From an uncultured Bacilli bacterium (GTDB lineage: Bacteria; Bacillota_I; Bacilli_A; RF39; UBA660), in assembly GCA_947629255.1 (NCBI GenBank), contig CANRDF010000003.1, positions 1 to 63,753 of the forward strand: a stretch of DNA of 63,753 nucleotides, written 5' to 3'. Of this stretch, positions 19,256 through 29,169 are shown piece after piece (positions within the stretch are counted from its first letter, which is position 1; each line of letters begins with the position of its first letter). The position numbers and the translations under genes are program-made. Under the pieces are notes generated by a model. That model was given only the letters and a program-made list of their open reading frames with translations. It ran no database searches and had not been told where the DNA came from.

Positions 19256-22200
19256 TTATACTTCTAAATCATCATGAATTTTCTGAATTAACGGAACAAA
19301 ATAATAAATAAAGTGCTTTTCTAAATGAAGAAGAGGCAAAGTAATCGAAATTTTCTTATTTTCATATTTTAATTGAAACTTTGGATGAATACTATAAGCC
19401 TCCAAAAACAACTTATCTCCTTTAATCTGAGAAGAAATACTCTCAGGCAAAACAACCTTTACAATTCGAATATTCTGTTCAACTTCAGTAATAGATAGTT
19501 CCATAGCAAGTTTTTCAAACCATTCTTCATACATATAAACTTGCATTTCCTCTGTAACTGTACCAAATCGGTCCTCTAAAGTCGCCTTCACTTCTTCTAA
19601 CTTCTGATAAGAATCAATCTCATTAATTAACTTATGAATCTCAATTTTAATAGACTCATCAGAAACATAACTATCTTCGATATGGGTATCAACATTGATT
19701 AAAGCTTCTTTACTTGAGTCGTCATCAGTAACTTCTTCTCCCTTTAGTCGTTTCATTTCTTCTTCAATCATCTTCATATATAAACTAATACCAACCGTAT
19801 CCACAAAACCAGCCTGTTCACTTCCCAAAATATCTCCAGCACCTCGAATTGATAGGTCACGCATAGCAATCTTATACCCACTTCCAAGTTCAGTAAAATC
19901 ACGAATAGCTTGCAGTCTTTTCACCGCGATATCATTAAGCATCTTGTTTTTATTATAAAGTAAATAAGCATAGGCAATCTTGTTACTTCTTCCGACTCTA
20001 CCTCTTAACTGATAAAGTTGACTAAGTCCAAAATGGTCAGCATCATAAATAATCAAAGTATTGGCATTTGGAATATCAATTCCCGTTTCAATAATCGTGG
20101 TCGATAGAAGAATATCAAAATCATGACGAATAAAACTTTCCATAATATCATCAAGTTCTACCTTACTCATTTGTCCATGCGCAAAACGAATACGTGCTTC
20201 AGGAACTAACTTCTTTAAAGCATACATCTTATCTTCAATGGTTTCTATCTTATTATAAAGAACGAATATTTGTCCATCTCGTGCCATCTCTTTATAAATC
20301 GCATCTTTTACTAACAAGTCACTTTCTTGAATTACATAAGTTTGAACGGGATATCGGTTCACTGGTGGAGTATCAATAATAGATAAATCACGAAGTCCTG
20401 ATAAAGACATTTTTAATGTTCTTGGGATTGGTGTTGCCGAAAGTGTAAGCACATTCACGTCATTTTTAAGTTGTTTAATCTTTTCCTTATGGGTAACCCC
20501 AAACCGTTGTTCCTCATCAATCACTAATAAACCTAATTTTTGACATTCAATTTTATCACTTAATAGACGGTGGGTTCCAAAAACAATATCAATCTTTCCA
20601 GATTTCAAGCCTTCTAAGATTTCATTTGCCTCTTTCTGGGTAGTAAACCGGTTAAATAAACGAATTTCCACTGGATAATTTTTAAATCTATCCAAAGCAG
20701 ACTCATATTGTTGTTTAGATAAAATCGTTGTTGGACACAAATAAAGAACTTGTTTGTTATTACAAACTGTTTTAAACATGGCTCGAAAAGCCACTTCTGT
20801 TTTTCCAAATCCAACATCACCACATAATAAGCGGTCCATAGGGACTTCAGAATCTAAATCTTTTAAAATATCTTGAATCGCTCTAGCCTGATCTTTCGTC
20901 TCTTCATAAACAAACTCCGAATCAAATACTTCTTCTTCTGCAAAGTCTTTATAAGCCTCACCAACCGTACTCTTTCTTTGAGCATAAAGTTTAATGAGTT
21001 CCCCAGAAATATCCTTAATCTTTTTTTGAATTGCCTGTTTTTTCTTCTGCCATGAAGTTGAACCAATCTTATTAATCTGAGGTTTCATTCCATCTTTATC
21101 ACTATACTTATAGATAGTAGAAATTTTTTCAACTGGAACATAAATCTTATCATTATCCAAGTATTCTAGTTTTAAATAGTCTTTTTTAACTCCAAACTTC
21201 TCTAAAGTCACAACTCCAGCATAAACTCCAATACCGTAAGTCCGATGAACAATATAATCTCCAGTCTTTAAAGCATCAATATCATCAATCTTTTTGCCCA
21301 TTCGAATATTATTTTTATATTTGACTTCTTGTTTCACTTCTTCAATATCATATTCGGAAATCACCACATAATTTTCCCAAAAGAAACCCTTATTAATCTT
21401 CCCAAGAACATAGTAAATTCCTGGATTTTCTTCCATCCCTTCTTTATAAGGGATAAGATTACCATCAAACAAATTTCTTATTTCTTCTACTTGATGTTTC
21501 TTAGATAAAACAAAGAGTACTAGTTTCTTATGAAGAACAGAACCCTCCACAAAATCTTTTAATTTAGAAAATTGACTATGAAAATTCTCCATTTCTCGTG
21601 AAGAAAACTTGAGTACATTCTTCTTTTGTAACTCATTCACCACCGAATTTAAGTACAACGTCGTTTGAGGATTCAAATCTTCTAAATAAAAACAATGCTT
21701 CTTTTCTCCTAAACCCTGTTCCTGATTATAAAGAAGAATTTCTTCTAATAACTTTTTATACGAAGCTTCAATCTGAGCATAATCTTGGAATATTACTATA
21801 GGATTCTCACAATAATCAAGCAAAGAAGAAACCGAATCCGTAACAATTTCATCAATCGGTTGACATATCAAAAAGTCTACACTAGAAATAGTTCGTTGAG
21901 TATCTTCATCAAAATAACGAATCTCTTCAATTTCATCACCAAAGAATTCAATACGAATCGGATGTTCTTGCCCATTCAAAAAAATATCTAAAACAAAACC
22001 TCGGACTGCATACTCTCCGGTCGTAGTAACCATGGTATCTCTATGATACCCAAAATTTTCAAAAGTCTGAATGAGTTCGTCTCTAGTCATACTTAAATTT
22101 TTCTTGAGTTCCAACTTCGCCTTTTTTTGTTCATTCAAAGAAGGTAAAAAATGCAAATACCCCATTAGATTAGTCACAATAATATGAGGTTCCTCTGTAA

Positions 22201-22486
22201 TTTTGTCTAAAGTTTCCAATCTTTTTAACTTGAGTTCTGGCGAAACAGCAAGAGCAACAGAGGTAAAAAAGTCATCCATTGGAAAAAGTAAAGCTTTATC
22301 AGTGTATGTTTCCAAAGACCGATGAATTTTATTCGCATCATACAAATTACTTGTAACCCAAATCACTGAAGAATGATTTTTCTTAAAACATTCAAGCACG
22401 TAAAAACAAGAGAGTTCACTAGTGAGTCCCTCTACCGTAAGTTCATTTTCATACGAAAATTTTGAAAATAGATTCATACACATCAT
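19256..22486 (-). CDS. mfd: transcription-repair coupling factor
   Basis: Helicase motifs 'GDVGFGKTEVA', 'DEEQRFGV', 'LSATPIPRT' and 'QLRGRVGRS', plus the CarD-like 'GDYIVHRTYGIGVY'. Confidence 0.95.
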   Translation of the reverse strand: MMCMNLFSKFSYENELTVEGLTSELSCFYVLECFKKNHSSVIWVTSNLYDANKIHRSLETYTDKALLFPMDDFFTSVALAVSPELKLKRLETLDKITEEPHIIVTNLMGYLHFLPSLNEQKKAKLELKKNLSMTRDELIQTFENFGYHRDTMVTTTGEYAVRGFVLDIFLNGQEHPIRIEFFGDEIEEIRYFDEDTQRTISSVDFLICQPIDEIVTDSVSSLLDYCENPIVIFQDYAQIEASYKKLLEEILLYNQEQGLGEKKHCFYLEDLNPQTTLYLNSVVNELQKKNVLKFSSREMENFHSQFSKLKDFVEGSVLHKKLVLFVLSKKHQVEEIRNLFDGNLIPYKEGMEENPGIYYVLGKINKGFFWENYVVISEYDIEEVKQEVKYKNNIRMGKKIDDIDALKTGDYIVHRTYGIGVYAGVVTLEKFGVKKDYLKLEYLDNDKIYVPVEKISTIYKYSDKDGMKPQINKIGSTSWQKKKQAIQKKIKDISGELIKLYAQRKSTVGEAYKDFAEEEVFDSEFVYEETKDQARAIQDILKDLDSEVPMDRLLCGDVGFGKTEVAFRAMFKTVCNNKQVLYLCPTTILSKQQYESALDRFKNYPVEIRLFNRFTTQKEANEILEGLKSGKIDIVFGTHRLLSDKIECQKLGLLVIDEEQRFGVTHKEKIKQLKNDVNVLTLSATPIPRTLKMSLSGLRDLSIIDTPPVNRYPVQTYVIQESDLLVKDAIYKEMARDGQIFVLYNKIETIEDKMYALKKLVPEARIRFAHGQMSKVELDDIMESFIRHDFDILLSTTIIETGIDIPNANTLIIYDADHFGLSQLYQLRGRVGRSNKIAYAYLLYNKNKMLNDIAVKRLQAIRDFTELGSGYKIAMRDLSIRGAGDILGSEQAGFVDTVGISLYMKMIEEEMKRLKGEEVTDDDSSKEALINVDTHIEDSYVSDESIKIEIHKLINEIDSYQKLEEVKATLEDRFGTVTEEMQVYMYEEWFEKLAMELSITEVEQNIRIVKVVLPESISSQIKGDKLFLEAYSIHPKFQLKYENKKISITLPLLHLEKHFIYYFVPLIQKIHDDLEV

Positions 22487-23037
22487 TCCTTTGTATTAAA
22501 TTTACTCATTGTTTTTTCTGCACCATCTAAAACAAAAGACTCCACAATCTCTTGATAAAGTTTATAATGTTCTTGAAAAAAATCAAGCTGTGTCTTTGAA
22601 AAATGTCCCAAAACATAATCAACTGTATTCATACTACGGTCATGAGCAATACCAATTTTAAGTCGGCAAAAGTTCTCCGTTCCTAAAGATTCAATAATAG
22701 ACTTAATCCCATTATGTCCTCCAGAAGAACCTTGGCTTTTTACTTTAAACTTTCCAAAAGGTAAATCCATATCATCATGAATAATAAGTATATCTTGAGA
22801 CTCTATTCCATAATAGTCAGCGATTTTTCTTACAGCAATTCCACTTAAGTTCATAAAAGTAGTAGGTTTCACAAACAAACATTTTTCTCCACATAAAGAT
22901 GTACTTGCTACATAAGCTTGAAACTTTTTCTCTATGGAAAAATCGAATGAAAAAGAATCAAGAACCATAAAACCTACATTATGTCTAGTATTTTCATATT
23001 CTTTTCCAATATTTCCTAACCCAACAATCATTTTCAT
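22483..23037 (-). CDS. pth: peptidyl-tRNA hydrolase
   Basis: 'IVGLGNIGKEYENTRHNVGF' and 'GSSGGHNGIKSI'. Confidence 0.95.
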   Translation of the reverse strand: MKMIVGLGNIGKEYENTRHNVGFMVLDSFSFDFSIEKKFQAYVASTSLCGEKCLFVKPTTFMNLSGIAVRKIADYYGIESQDILIIHDDMDLPFGKFKVKSQGSSGGHNGIKSIIESLGTENFCRLKIGIAHDRSMNTVDYVLGHFSKTQLDFFQEHYKLYQEIVESFVLDGAEKTMSKFNTKE

Positions 23038-23043
23038 GATGAC

Positions 23044-23757
23044 TTAACTCCTTTCAAAAATTCCTTGATAACTTGATAAACCCTGTATAACCTTAGGTGC
23101 ATAGACTTTTGTTCCAAACTTTGCATCTTTAACTAGAGTCATTAGAACAATAATAGGTTTAGACTCAATTTTAGAATGAACAAATTGAACCTCTTTTACA
23201 CCAAAACCATATTTATGAGCATACACAATAATTTCATCAAGCCTATCAGGTACATGCACTAAATAAAATTTTCCTCTTGACTTTAATAGAAAACTCGCTA
23301 TCTCTATTAAATCTTCAAGTTTGAGTAACACTTCATGTCTCGCGACTCTTTTTAAGACATTATCATTCACAATGCTACTTTCTGTCGTCTTAAAATACGG
23401 TGGATTACACAAAATGACATCAAAATTATTTCCCGGGAAATAATTTTTTAACTCCATCACATCTTTATGAAGGATTTGAATGTCTTCAGACATGTGATTT
23501 ACAAGCACCGAATCGCAAGCTAACTCATAAATTTCCTCCTGAACTTCAACTCCTATCACTTTTTTATGATACTTTTGATGAAGAACAATCGGAATTACTC
23601 CATTTCCCGTGCACAAATCCAAAATTTTATTATCACTCGCTTTAATATCAGCGAATTCAGCAAGTAAAATAGAATCTAAAGAAAATTTAAAGCCTTCTTC
23701 ATACTGATACACTTGTAAATCTGGATAATCAAACAACCAATTAAGCGACTTTTTCAT
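23044..23757 (-). CDS. SAM-dependent methyltransferase, YabB/TrmN6-like (tRNA m6A37 type)
   Basis: 'ILDLCTGNGVIP' is a SAM motif I and 'CNPPYF' is an NPPY catalytic motif. The position matches B. subtilis yabB. Confidence 0.75.
   Translation of the reverse strand: MKKSLNWLFDYPDLQVYQYEEGFKFSLDSILLAEFADIKASDNKILDLCTGNGVIPIVLHQKYHKKVIGVEVQEEIYELACDSVLVNHMSEDIQILHKDVMELKNYFPGNNFDVILCNPPYFKTTESSIVNDNVLKRVARHEVLLKLEDLIEIASFLLKSRGKFYLVHVPDRLDEIIVYAHKYGFGVKEVQFVHSKIESKPIIVLMTLVKDAKFGTKVYAPKVIQGLSSYQGIFERS
23428..23441. promoter_or_regulatory. perfect Noc-binding-site (NBS) palindrome ATTTCCCGGGAAAT
   Basis: Exact 14/14 match, inside the methyltransferase CDS. Confidence 0.6.
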
Positions 23758-24532
23758 CGTCTAAAAAAATCTCCTTTAATTCATCATTCACAAGAACTTT
23801 ATATTTTCGATTTAAAATATCTACACTCATAACCTGACCAATTCCAAACTCTGTATTCACTTTATCTCCAACACTAGGCATACCGTATCCACATCGAACA
23901 TACTCCTCATCTTCATAGGATAAACAACATAAAAGTCTTCCACACGCCCCATTAATCTTAGAAGGATTAAGAGCCAAATTCTGATTTTTAGCCATATTCA
24001 TTGTCACAGATTCCAAATGATTCAAACAAGAGGCACAGCAAAGTTTACGACCGCAAATACCAATTCCACCAATTTGTTCAGCCTTATCTCTAGCCCCAAT
24101 CTGACGAAGCTCAATACGTGTTTTATAAACATTGGCAAGTTTCCTCGCAAGTTCTCTAAAATCAACTCTCTCATCTGCATAGAAATTAAAGAGTAATTGT
24201 CTTCTATCAAATGTAAAAGAGGCATCAATAAATCGCATATCTAAACCTAACTCATCACTAAATTGTCTAGCATTTTTAAGGGCTGACTCTCCATCACGAC
24301 AATTTTTCAAATATTGCTCATAATCTTTCTTAGTTGCAATTCGAACAATATCTTTTAATCCATCTAAAGAAACACTTTTCTTTTCAGGATCCAATTTATT
24401 AATAACTCGTCCAAACTGAAGTCCTCTCTCAGTTTCAACAATCACCGTGACACGATTTGGAATTTGTAACTCATGACCATTAAAATAATAGCCTTTGCCT
24501 TTATCTTTAAAAACAACTTCATAAATATTCAT
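23741..24532 (-). CDS. ricT: PSP1-domain protein YaaT/RicT
   Basis: The Cys-rich 'CGRKLCC..CGRLLCCL' PSP1 C-terminal pattern, in the yaaT position next to holB. Confidence 0.85.
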   Translation of the reverse strand: MNIYEVVFKDKGKGYYFNGHELQIPNRVTVIVETERGLQFGRVINKLDPEKKSVSLDGLKDIVRIATKKDYEQYLKNCRDGESALKNARQFSDELGLDMRFIDASFTFDRRQLLFNFYADERVDFRELARKLANVYKTRIELRQIGARDKAEQIGGIGICGRKLCCASCLNHLESVTMNMAKNQNLALNPSKINGACGRLLCCLSYEDEEYVRCGYGMPSVGDKVNTEFGIGQVMSVDILNRKYKVLVNDELKEIFLDDEKVA

Positions 24533-24536
24533 ATTC

Positions 24537-25373
24537 TCACCGACTTTCTAACACATATCTATCTAATAACATTTGAATATTCACATTATAATTCAAATCA
24601 TCTAGAATTTTAGCCAAATACTGTAATTCCTTTAAGAAAAAATTTTCTTCTTTTTTCATCAAAAATTCCAAAGGTTGAAGTTCCGCGTCCAATGAGGTTC
24701 CAAGTAACTTAACAGAATTTAATGATGAATAAATTTGATTCATACTTTGAAACAAATAAAGAAGTTCTTTTCTATCATGAATAAGAGGCAATAAGACATC
24801 TTTATTATACATCACCGCTTCTTCTTTGACCAGTTGATATTCCTTAATATAATTGATAGCAATAGATTTCCAAACTTTTGGAATATTTTCAAAAGCTGAA
24901 GTATCATAATAATCTAAAATCACCTGACAACGACTCTTAATCGTTGAGATAATATTTTCACGATTATTTGTAATAAAGAAACCTAAAATATTATCTTCTG
25001 GTTCTTCCAAAAACTTAAGCATTGTATTGGCACTTGAAGCATTCAGTGCCTCGGCATTTAGTATAACATACATATTATATTTTGAAAATATGGGTTTTGT
25101 TTTAAAAAAATCTTTTAATTCTAATATTTGCTCTTTTTTTATCATCTGCCCATCAGGCTCGATAATCACTAAACTGGGAATACTTCGATTTTGAATCAAG
25201 CGTTCTAACTTCACATCTTCCTCTTCATCACCAGTACGATTAATATATCCTAAAAACTCTAATAAATGATTTAAACATTTCTCTTGATGATTTGTTTCAA
25301 GCAAAAAAGCATGAGAGAGTCGATTCTCATGATATTCATTAAGTAATTCTTGCATTCCTTGGCTTTCCTGCAC
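24537..25373 (-). CDS. holB: DNA polymerase III delta-prime subunit
   Basis: 'LSHAFLL', 'ANTMLKFLEEP' and 'TIKSRCQ'. The true start may be Met7. Confidence 0.85.
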   Translation of the reverse strand: MQESQGMQELLNEYHENRLSHAFLLETNHQEKCLNHLLEFLGYINRTGDEEEDVKLERLIQNRSIPSLVIIEPDGQMIKKEQILELKDFFKTKPIFSKYNMYVILNAEALNASSANTMLKFLEEPEDNILGFFITNNRENIISTIKSRCQVILDYYDTSAFENIPKVWKSIAINYIKEYQLVKEEAVMYNKDVLLPLIHDRKELLYLFQSMNQIYSSLNSVKLLGTSLDAELQPLEFLMKKEENFFLKELQYLAKILDDLNYNVNIQMLLDRYVLESR

Positions 25374-25389
25374 ACCACATCACCTAAAA

Positions 25390-25578
25390 TTATTTTACTA
25401 TAAAAAACAAAATAATTAAAGAAGAAAGCCCCGGAAGTCCTAATAAAGTTACAGTTCCTACCGTAAAAAGATTGATAGGAATGTAAATATGCAAAGAAGA
25501 AATAAAATAATTAAGACCATATAACAGCAAAAAAGCTACAACAATTTTTCGAACCAATACATAAATTTTCTTTAGCAT
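25390..25578 (-). CDS. bofA: BofA-family pro-sigma-K processing inhibitor
   Basis: 'LHIYIPINLFTVGTVTLLGLPGLSSLIILFFI' parallels B. subtilis BofA 'LGIHVPINLVTTAISGILGIPGIAALVVI'. It sits in the recR-adjacent position. Confidence 0.75.
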   Translation of the reverse strand: MLKKIYVLVRKIVVAFLLLYGLNYFISSLHIYIPINLFTVGTVTLLGLPGLSSLIILFFIVK

Positions 25579-25616
25579 ATGAATCCCTCAATAAACCATA
25601 TGCCAAAAAAGAATTT

Positions 25617-26225
25617 TTATTCTGAAATTTGTTTTCGATCTTCTATTGCCTTATCAAGAGTTGTCGTATCTAAATAGTCTATCTCTGCTCCTAAAGGAAG
25701 ACCATACGAAAGCCTTGATATCTTTACATTCTTTCCTTCAAAAATCTTCTTGATATAAAGAGTTGTTGTTTCTCCTTCCATAGAACTTTTCAAAGCAAGT
25801 ACCAATTCAGGGTTTTCTAAAGTCTCCACTCTTTTAATTAATGAGTCAAGATTAATATCATCAGCTCCAATATCATCCATCGGTGAAATAAGCCCATTCA
25901 AAACATGATAAACACCCCGATAATTCTGAGCTTTTTCAAAAGCAAAAGCACTCTTATAATCTTCAACAACACAAATCAAATTTTGATTACGACTAGAATC
26001 AGTACAAACATTACAAGTTTCCATATCCGTTAAATTTCCACAGACAGGACAAGGATGTAACGTTTTTTTAGCCTTTACTAACACATCACTTGCAATTTCA
26101 ATTTCTTCTGTAGGAAGTTTTAAAATAGATAAAGCCATTCGCTCTGCACTTTTCTCTCCTACACCAGGAAACTTTTGAAAAAAATCAATTAATTGTTCTA
26201 ATATTTCTGGATATCCACGATTCAT
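25617..26225 (-). CDS. recR: recombination protein RecR
   Basis: 'PGVGEKSAERMA' (HhH), the zinc finger 'CPVCGNLT..CNVC' and a Toprim region. Confidence 0.95.
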   Translation of the reverse strand: MNRGYPEILEQLIDFFQKFPGVGEKSAERMALSILKLPTEEIEIASDVLVKAKKTLHPCPVCGNLTDMETCNVCTDSSRNQNLICVVEDYKSAFAFEKAQNYRGVYHVLNGLISPMDDIGADDINLDSLIKRVETLENPELVLALKSSMEGETTTLYIKKIFEGKNVKISRLSYGLPLGAEIDYLDTTTLDKAIEDRKQISE

Positions 26226-26226
26226 C

Positions 26227-26523
26227 TTACATCAAACCATCTAACATGCCAGCATATTGTCCCATTTTACTCTGAAATTCTTTGTCAACCTTTGCTAAAG
26301 CATCCTTTGTAGCAAGAACAATAAAATCTTCCAACATTTCAATATCTTCAGCAGCTAAAGATTCTTTTTGAATTTGACATTTCACCATTTCTTTCTTCCC
26401 ATTTAACGTCACTTCTACAAATTCATATTTCCCGGGAAATAATTGAGCATTAATTTCATCCTTCTTTTTTTGAATGTCTCTTTGCATTTTTTGAGCTTGA
26501 GCCATTATACTTTGCATATTCAT
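26227..26523 (-). CDS. ybaB: YbaB/EbfC nucleoid-associated protein
   Basis: It is 98 aa, starts 'MQSIMAQAQKMQRDIQKKK', and sits in the conserved dnaX-ybaB-recR order. Confidence 0.9.
   Translation of the reverse strand: MNMQSIMAQAQKMQRDIQKKKDEINAQLFPGKYEFVEVTLNGKKEMVKCQIQKESLAAEDIEMLEDFIVLATKDALAKVDKEFQSKMGQYAGMLDGLM
26427..26440. promoter_or_regulatory. perfect Noc-binding-site (NBS) palindrome ATTTCCCGGGAAAT
   Basis: Exact 14/14 match, inside the ybaB CDS. Confidence 0.6.
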
Positions 26524-26538
26524 ACATTTTCCTTCTTT

Positions 26539-28143
26539 CTAAACTACCTCTATTTTATCATGACTAAATACATCTGTAATCATATTTTCTTCTTTTTCCT
26601 CATTTTTTGGTTTTTCAAGTTCTGTTTCGTCTATCAGTTGATAAGTATATTTATCTTTTAAATTTTTAACATAAATTTGTTTTTCTTTATTCCAGTCATC
26701 CATACTAAGAGCAATAAAATGAATGTTTTCAGCAAATTCTTTCTTAATTTCATCCGTAAATTCTTGTATTTTAGAATTAATAAGATTTGCCAAACTATCT
26801 AATTTCGTTCCAATAATAGCATATTCAGAAGAAGCAGCGACTAGACTAGAATCCATAATCCAAGAAACATAGTCAGATTTAATAGAAGCATTTTCTAGCC
26901 TTTTCCAAATTTCCTGATAAGTTGTCAAAATATCCTTTTTAGCTCCCACAAAACAATTATTAATTCGAACTTTCTTTAACTTTTGTAAATAATCATCTTG
27001 TTGCTGAACCTTTACTTCATCAACTACAGGAATTTCCTTCTTTGGAACATCTACTTTTACTTCTTCTTTTGCTTTTTCAGGTTCTTTAAAGATAATTGTT
27101 CTTCTTTCTGACATTTGATCTATATCGTAACTACCTAAAAGTGTTAATTTTATCAAAACATAAGGATTCATATTAATATTTGTTTTATTTAATATCTCAT
27201 TAAAATCAAAAATAATTTTTTTAATCTGTGCAAACGTTAAATTTCCTTCATATCTGTTATATTTAATAAGCATCGCGATGTGAGTAAGTTCCTTTACCAT
27301 TTTCTTAATAAAAACTTTATAATCATTAGAAGTATTCTCTAAATCATCAAAACATTGCTCCAATGCAGCAATATCTTGATTTTCTAATTTTTCAATAATA
27401 TCTTTAATAGATTTAGTTGAAATCGAGCCATAATGAGTAAGAATTTTATCTAAAGTAATTTCTTCAGAATTTGAAGATAACTGGTCAAGTAAACTAAGAG
27501 CATCCCGCATACCACCTTCAGATAAATAAGCAATTTCTTCCACAGCGTCGTCAGTAATCGAAATATTCTCTTCACTACACACAAATTGAATCTGTTTTTT
27601 CAAGTCATTCAAAGAAATCTTTTGAAAATTAAATCTTTGACAACGTGATAAAATCGTAATAGGAACATTTTCTACATTGGTTGTAGCCATAATAAAAATA
27701 GCATGTTTAGGAGGTTCCTCTAATGTAAGTAATAAGGCATTAAATGCACTTTGAGTCATCATATGAACTTCATCAATAATATAAATTTTATATTTTCCTT
27801 CAGAAGGTGCAATTTTCACATTGTTGATAAGTTCTCTTACATCGTCGACTCCATTATTAGAAGCCGCATCAATTTCAATAATATCTGGACTATCCGCAAA
27901 GCCTAAGCAACTTGCACATTGTCCACATGCTTCCCCATTAACCGGATTCAAACAATTAATGGTTTTTGCAAAAATTTTTGCCGTTGAAGTCTTTCCGGTT
28001 CCACGAGGTCCTGTAAATAAGTATGCATGCGAAATTTTATTGTGAATAATGGCATTTTGAAGCATTTTTACTGTATATTCTTGCCCAACAATCCCCGAAA
28101 AGCTACTAGGTCGATATTTTCTATATAAAACTTTATAATTCAT
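26539..28143 (-). CDS. dnaX: DNA polymerase III gamma/tau subunit
   Basis: 'GPRGTGKTS', the zinc module 'CLNP..CGQCASC', 'IIDEVHM' and 'ILSRCQRF'. Confidence 0.95.
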   Translation of the reverse strand: MNYKVLYRKYRPSSFSGIVGQEYTVKMLQNAIIHNKISHAYLFTGPRGTGKTSTAKIFAKTINCLNPVNGEACGQCASCLGFADSPDIIEIDAASNNGVDDVRELINNVKIAPSEGKYKIYIIDEVHMMTQSAFNALLLTLEEPPKHAIFIMATTNVENVPITILSRCQRFNFQKISLNDLKKQIQFVCSEENISITDDAVEEIAYLSEGGMRDALSLLDQLSSNSEEITLDKILTHYGSISTKSIKDIIEKLENQDIAALEQCFDDLENTSNDYKVFIKKMVKELTHIAMLIKYNRYEGNLTFAQIKKIIFDFNEILNKTNINMNPYVLIKLTLLGSYDIDQMSERRTIIFKEPEKAKEEVKVDVPKKEIPVVDEVKVQQQDDYLQKLKKVRINNCFVGAKKDILTTYQEIWKRLENASIKSDYVSWIMDSSLVAASSEYAIIGTKLDSLANLINSKIQEFTDEIKKEFAENIHFIALSMDDWNKEKQIYVKNLKDKYTYQLIDETELEKPKNEEKEENMITDVFSHDKIEVV

Positions 28144-28200
28144 GATGCACCACCTTTAATTGATTTCATCAATAGTATACCACGAAACCAACAAGATTTG

Positions 28201-28626
28201 CTATCTTTTTGATTTAAAAAACTCAGATAGCATTTTACTATACAATTGTACGCTTTTACTGTTATTTTTATCACTTAAACTCACATACTTGGTCTTATCA
28301 TACTCTTTTTTATAGTCTAATTTATCTAAAAGATAGTAAACATTTGCAATTCGAGCTTGTTGAATCACCGTTTTACACATAGAACAAGGTTCCAAAGTCA
28401 CATATAAATCACAATCTGCTAAATTCCAACGTTTTAGACGCTTTTCTGCCTCCAAAATAGCCTCAATTTCAGCATGTCCCGTAATTTTATGTTCTTTTTC
28501 ACGAATATTATGTGCATAACTAATAATTTTGTCATTTTGAACAATGACCGCTCCAATCGGAACATCCCCTTGTTCATAAGCTTTTTGAGCTTCTTCAATA
28601 CAAATTTCAAAATATTGTCCCATCAT
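28201..28626 (-). CDS. tadA: tRNA-specific adenosine deaminase
   Basis: The 'HAEIEA' and 'LEPCSMC' CDA zinc motifs. I trimmed the start to the MMGQYF region, behind a GGTAGGTGA RBS. Confidence 0.9.
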   Translation of the reverse strand: MMGQYFEICIEEAQKAYEQGDVPIGAVIVQNDKIISYAHNIREKEHKITGHAEIEAILEAEKRLKRWNLADCDLYVTLEPCSMCKTVIQQARIANVYYLLDKLDYKKEYDKTKYVSLSDKNNSKSVQLYSKMLSEFFKSKR

Positions 28627-28645
28627 ATCACCTACCATAAAAAAA

Positions 28646-28716
28646 GTGCACACAAACAGGGAATGACGTGGCTGCTATCTTCCGATCCTGACCAGATTAC
28701 ATTATATTTGTTGCAC
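28646..28716 (-). ncRNA. ffs: small (4.5S-type) signal recognition particle RNA
   Basis: The minus strand reads 'CUGGUCAGGAUCGGAAGAUAGCAGCC', matching the SRP RNA domain IV core (GGUCAGGNCCGGAAGGNAGCAGCC with a GGAA tetraloop). The closing helix is GUGCAACAAA/UUUGUGUGCAC, followed by a U7 run. The ends are approximate. Confidence 0.7.
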
Positions 28717-28762
28717 GTATTAATAATAACAAAAGTGCTAAAAAAATGCAATAATTTTTCTA

Positions 28763-28778
28763 TGTTCCACGTGGAACT
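28763..28778. promoter_or_regulatory. parS-like site 1
   Basis: TGTTCCACGTGGAACT (15/16). Confidence 0.7.
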
Positions 28779-28827
28779 ATCATATTTAAATATATATACA
28801 AATGTTCGTTTCATTATAAAATTTTAA

Positions 28828-28843
28828 TGTTCCACGTGGAACA
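28828..28843. promoter_or_regulatory. parS-like site 2
   Basis: TGTTCCACGTGGAACA. A perfect 24-bp palindrome spans 28824..28847. Confidence 0.85.
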
Positions 28844-28946
28844 TTAACTTTAATATTACAAAATAATTAAATTTTTCTTAGTCTTTCAATTTAGTTCACT
28901 ATTTTTGGAAGTTATAAAAAGTTTTTAAATTTTTTTTTGAATTATA

Positions 28947-28962
28947 TGTTTCACGTGAAACA
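28947..28962. promoter_or_regulatory. parS-like site 3
   Basis: TGTTTCACGTGAAACA. A perfect 24-bp palindrome spans 28943..28966. Confidence 0.85.
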
Positions 28963-29107
28963 TATACTTATAATCCAAACATTTTTGATACTTTTTTAAA
29001 TTATTAAGATATGTAGTTTCTATTATAACAAAATTTACAATTTATTACATATAATACGTATAAATTGTAATATTCCAATTATTTTAAATTAATACTGTTT
29101 ATTTCAA

Positions 29108-29123
29108 TGTTTCACGTGGAACA
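29108..29123. promoter_or_regulatory. parS-like site 4
   Basis: TGTTTCACGTGGAACA, with mixed half-sites. Confidence 0.85.
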
Positions 29124-29169
29124 TTCAGTTATTCACAATCACAAAAAGCAAGTTAAAAAAACATGCAAA

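Noticed and set aside
28474-28827. ORF-track entries 28474..28827 (plus strand) and 28632..28814 (minus strand).
   Set aside because: They overlap the tadA 5' end, the SRP RNA and the first parS sites. They lack an RBS, their composition is low-complexity and AT-driven, and they show no recognisable family.
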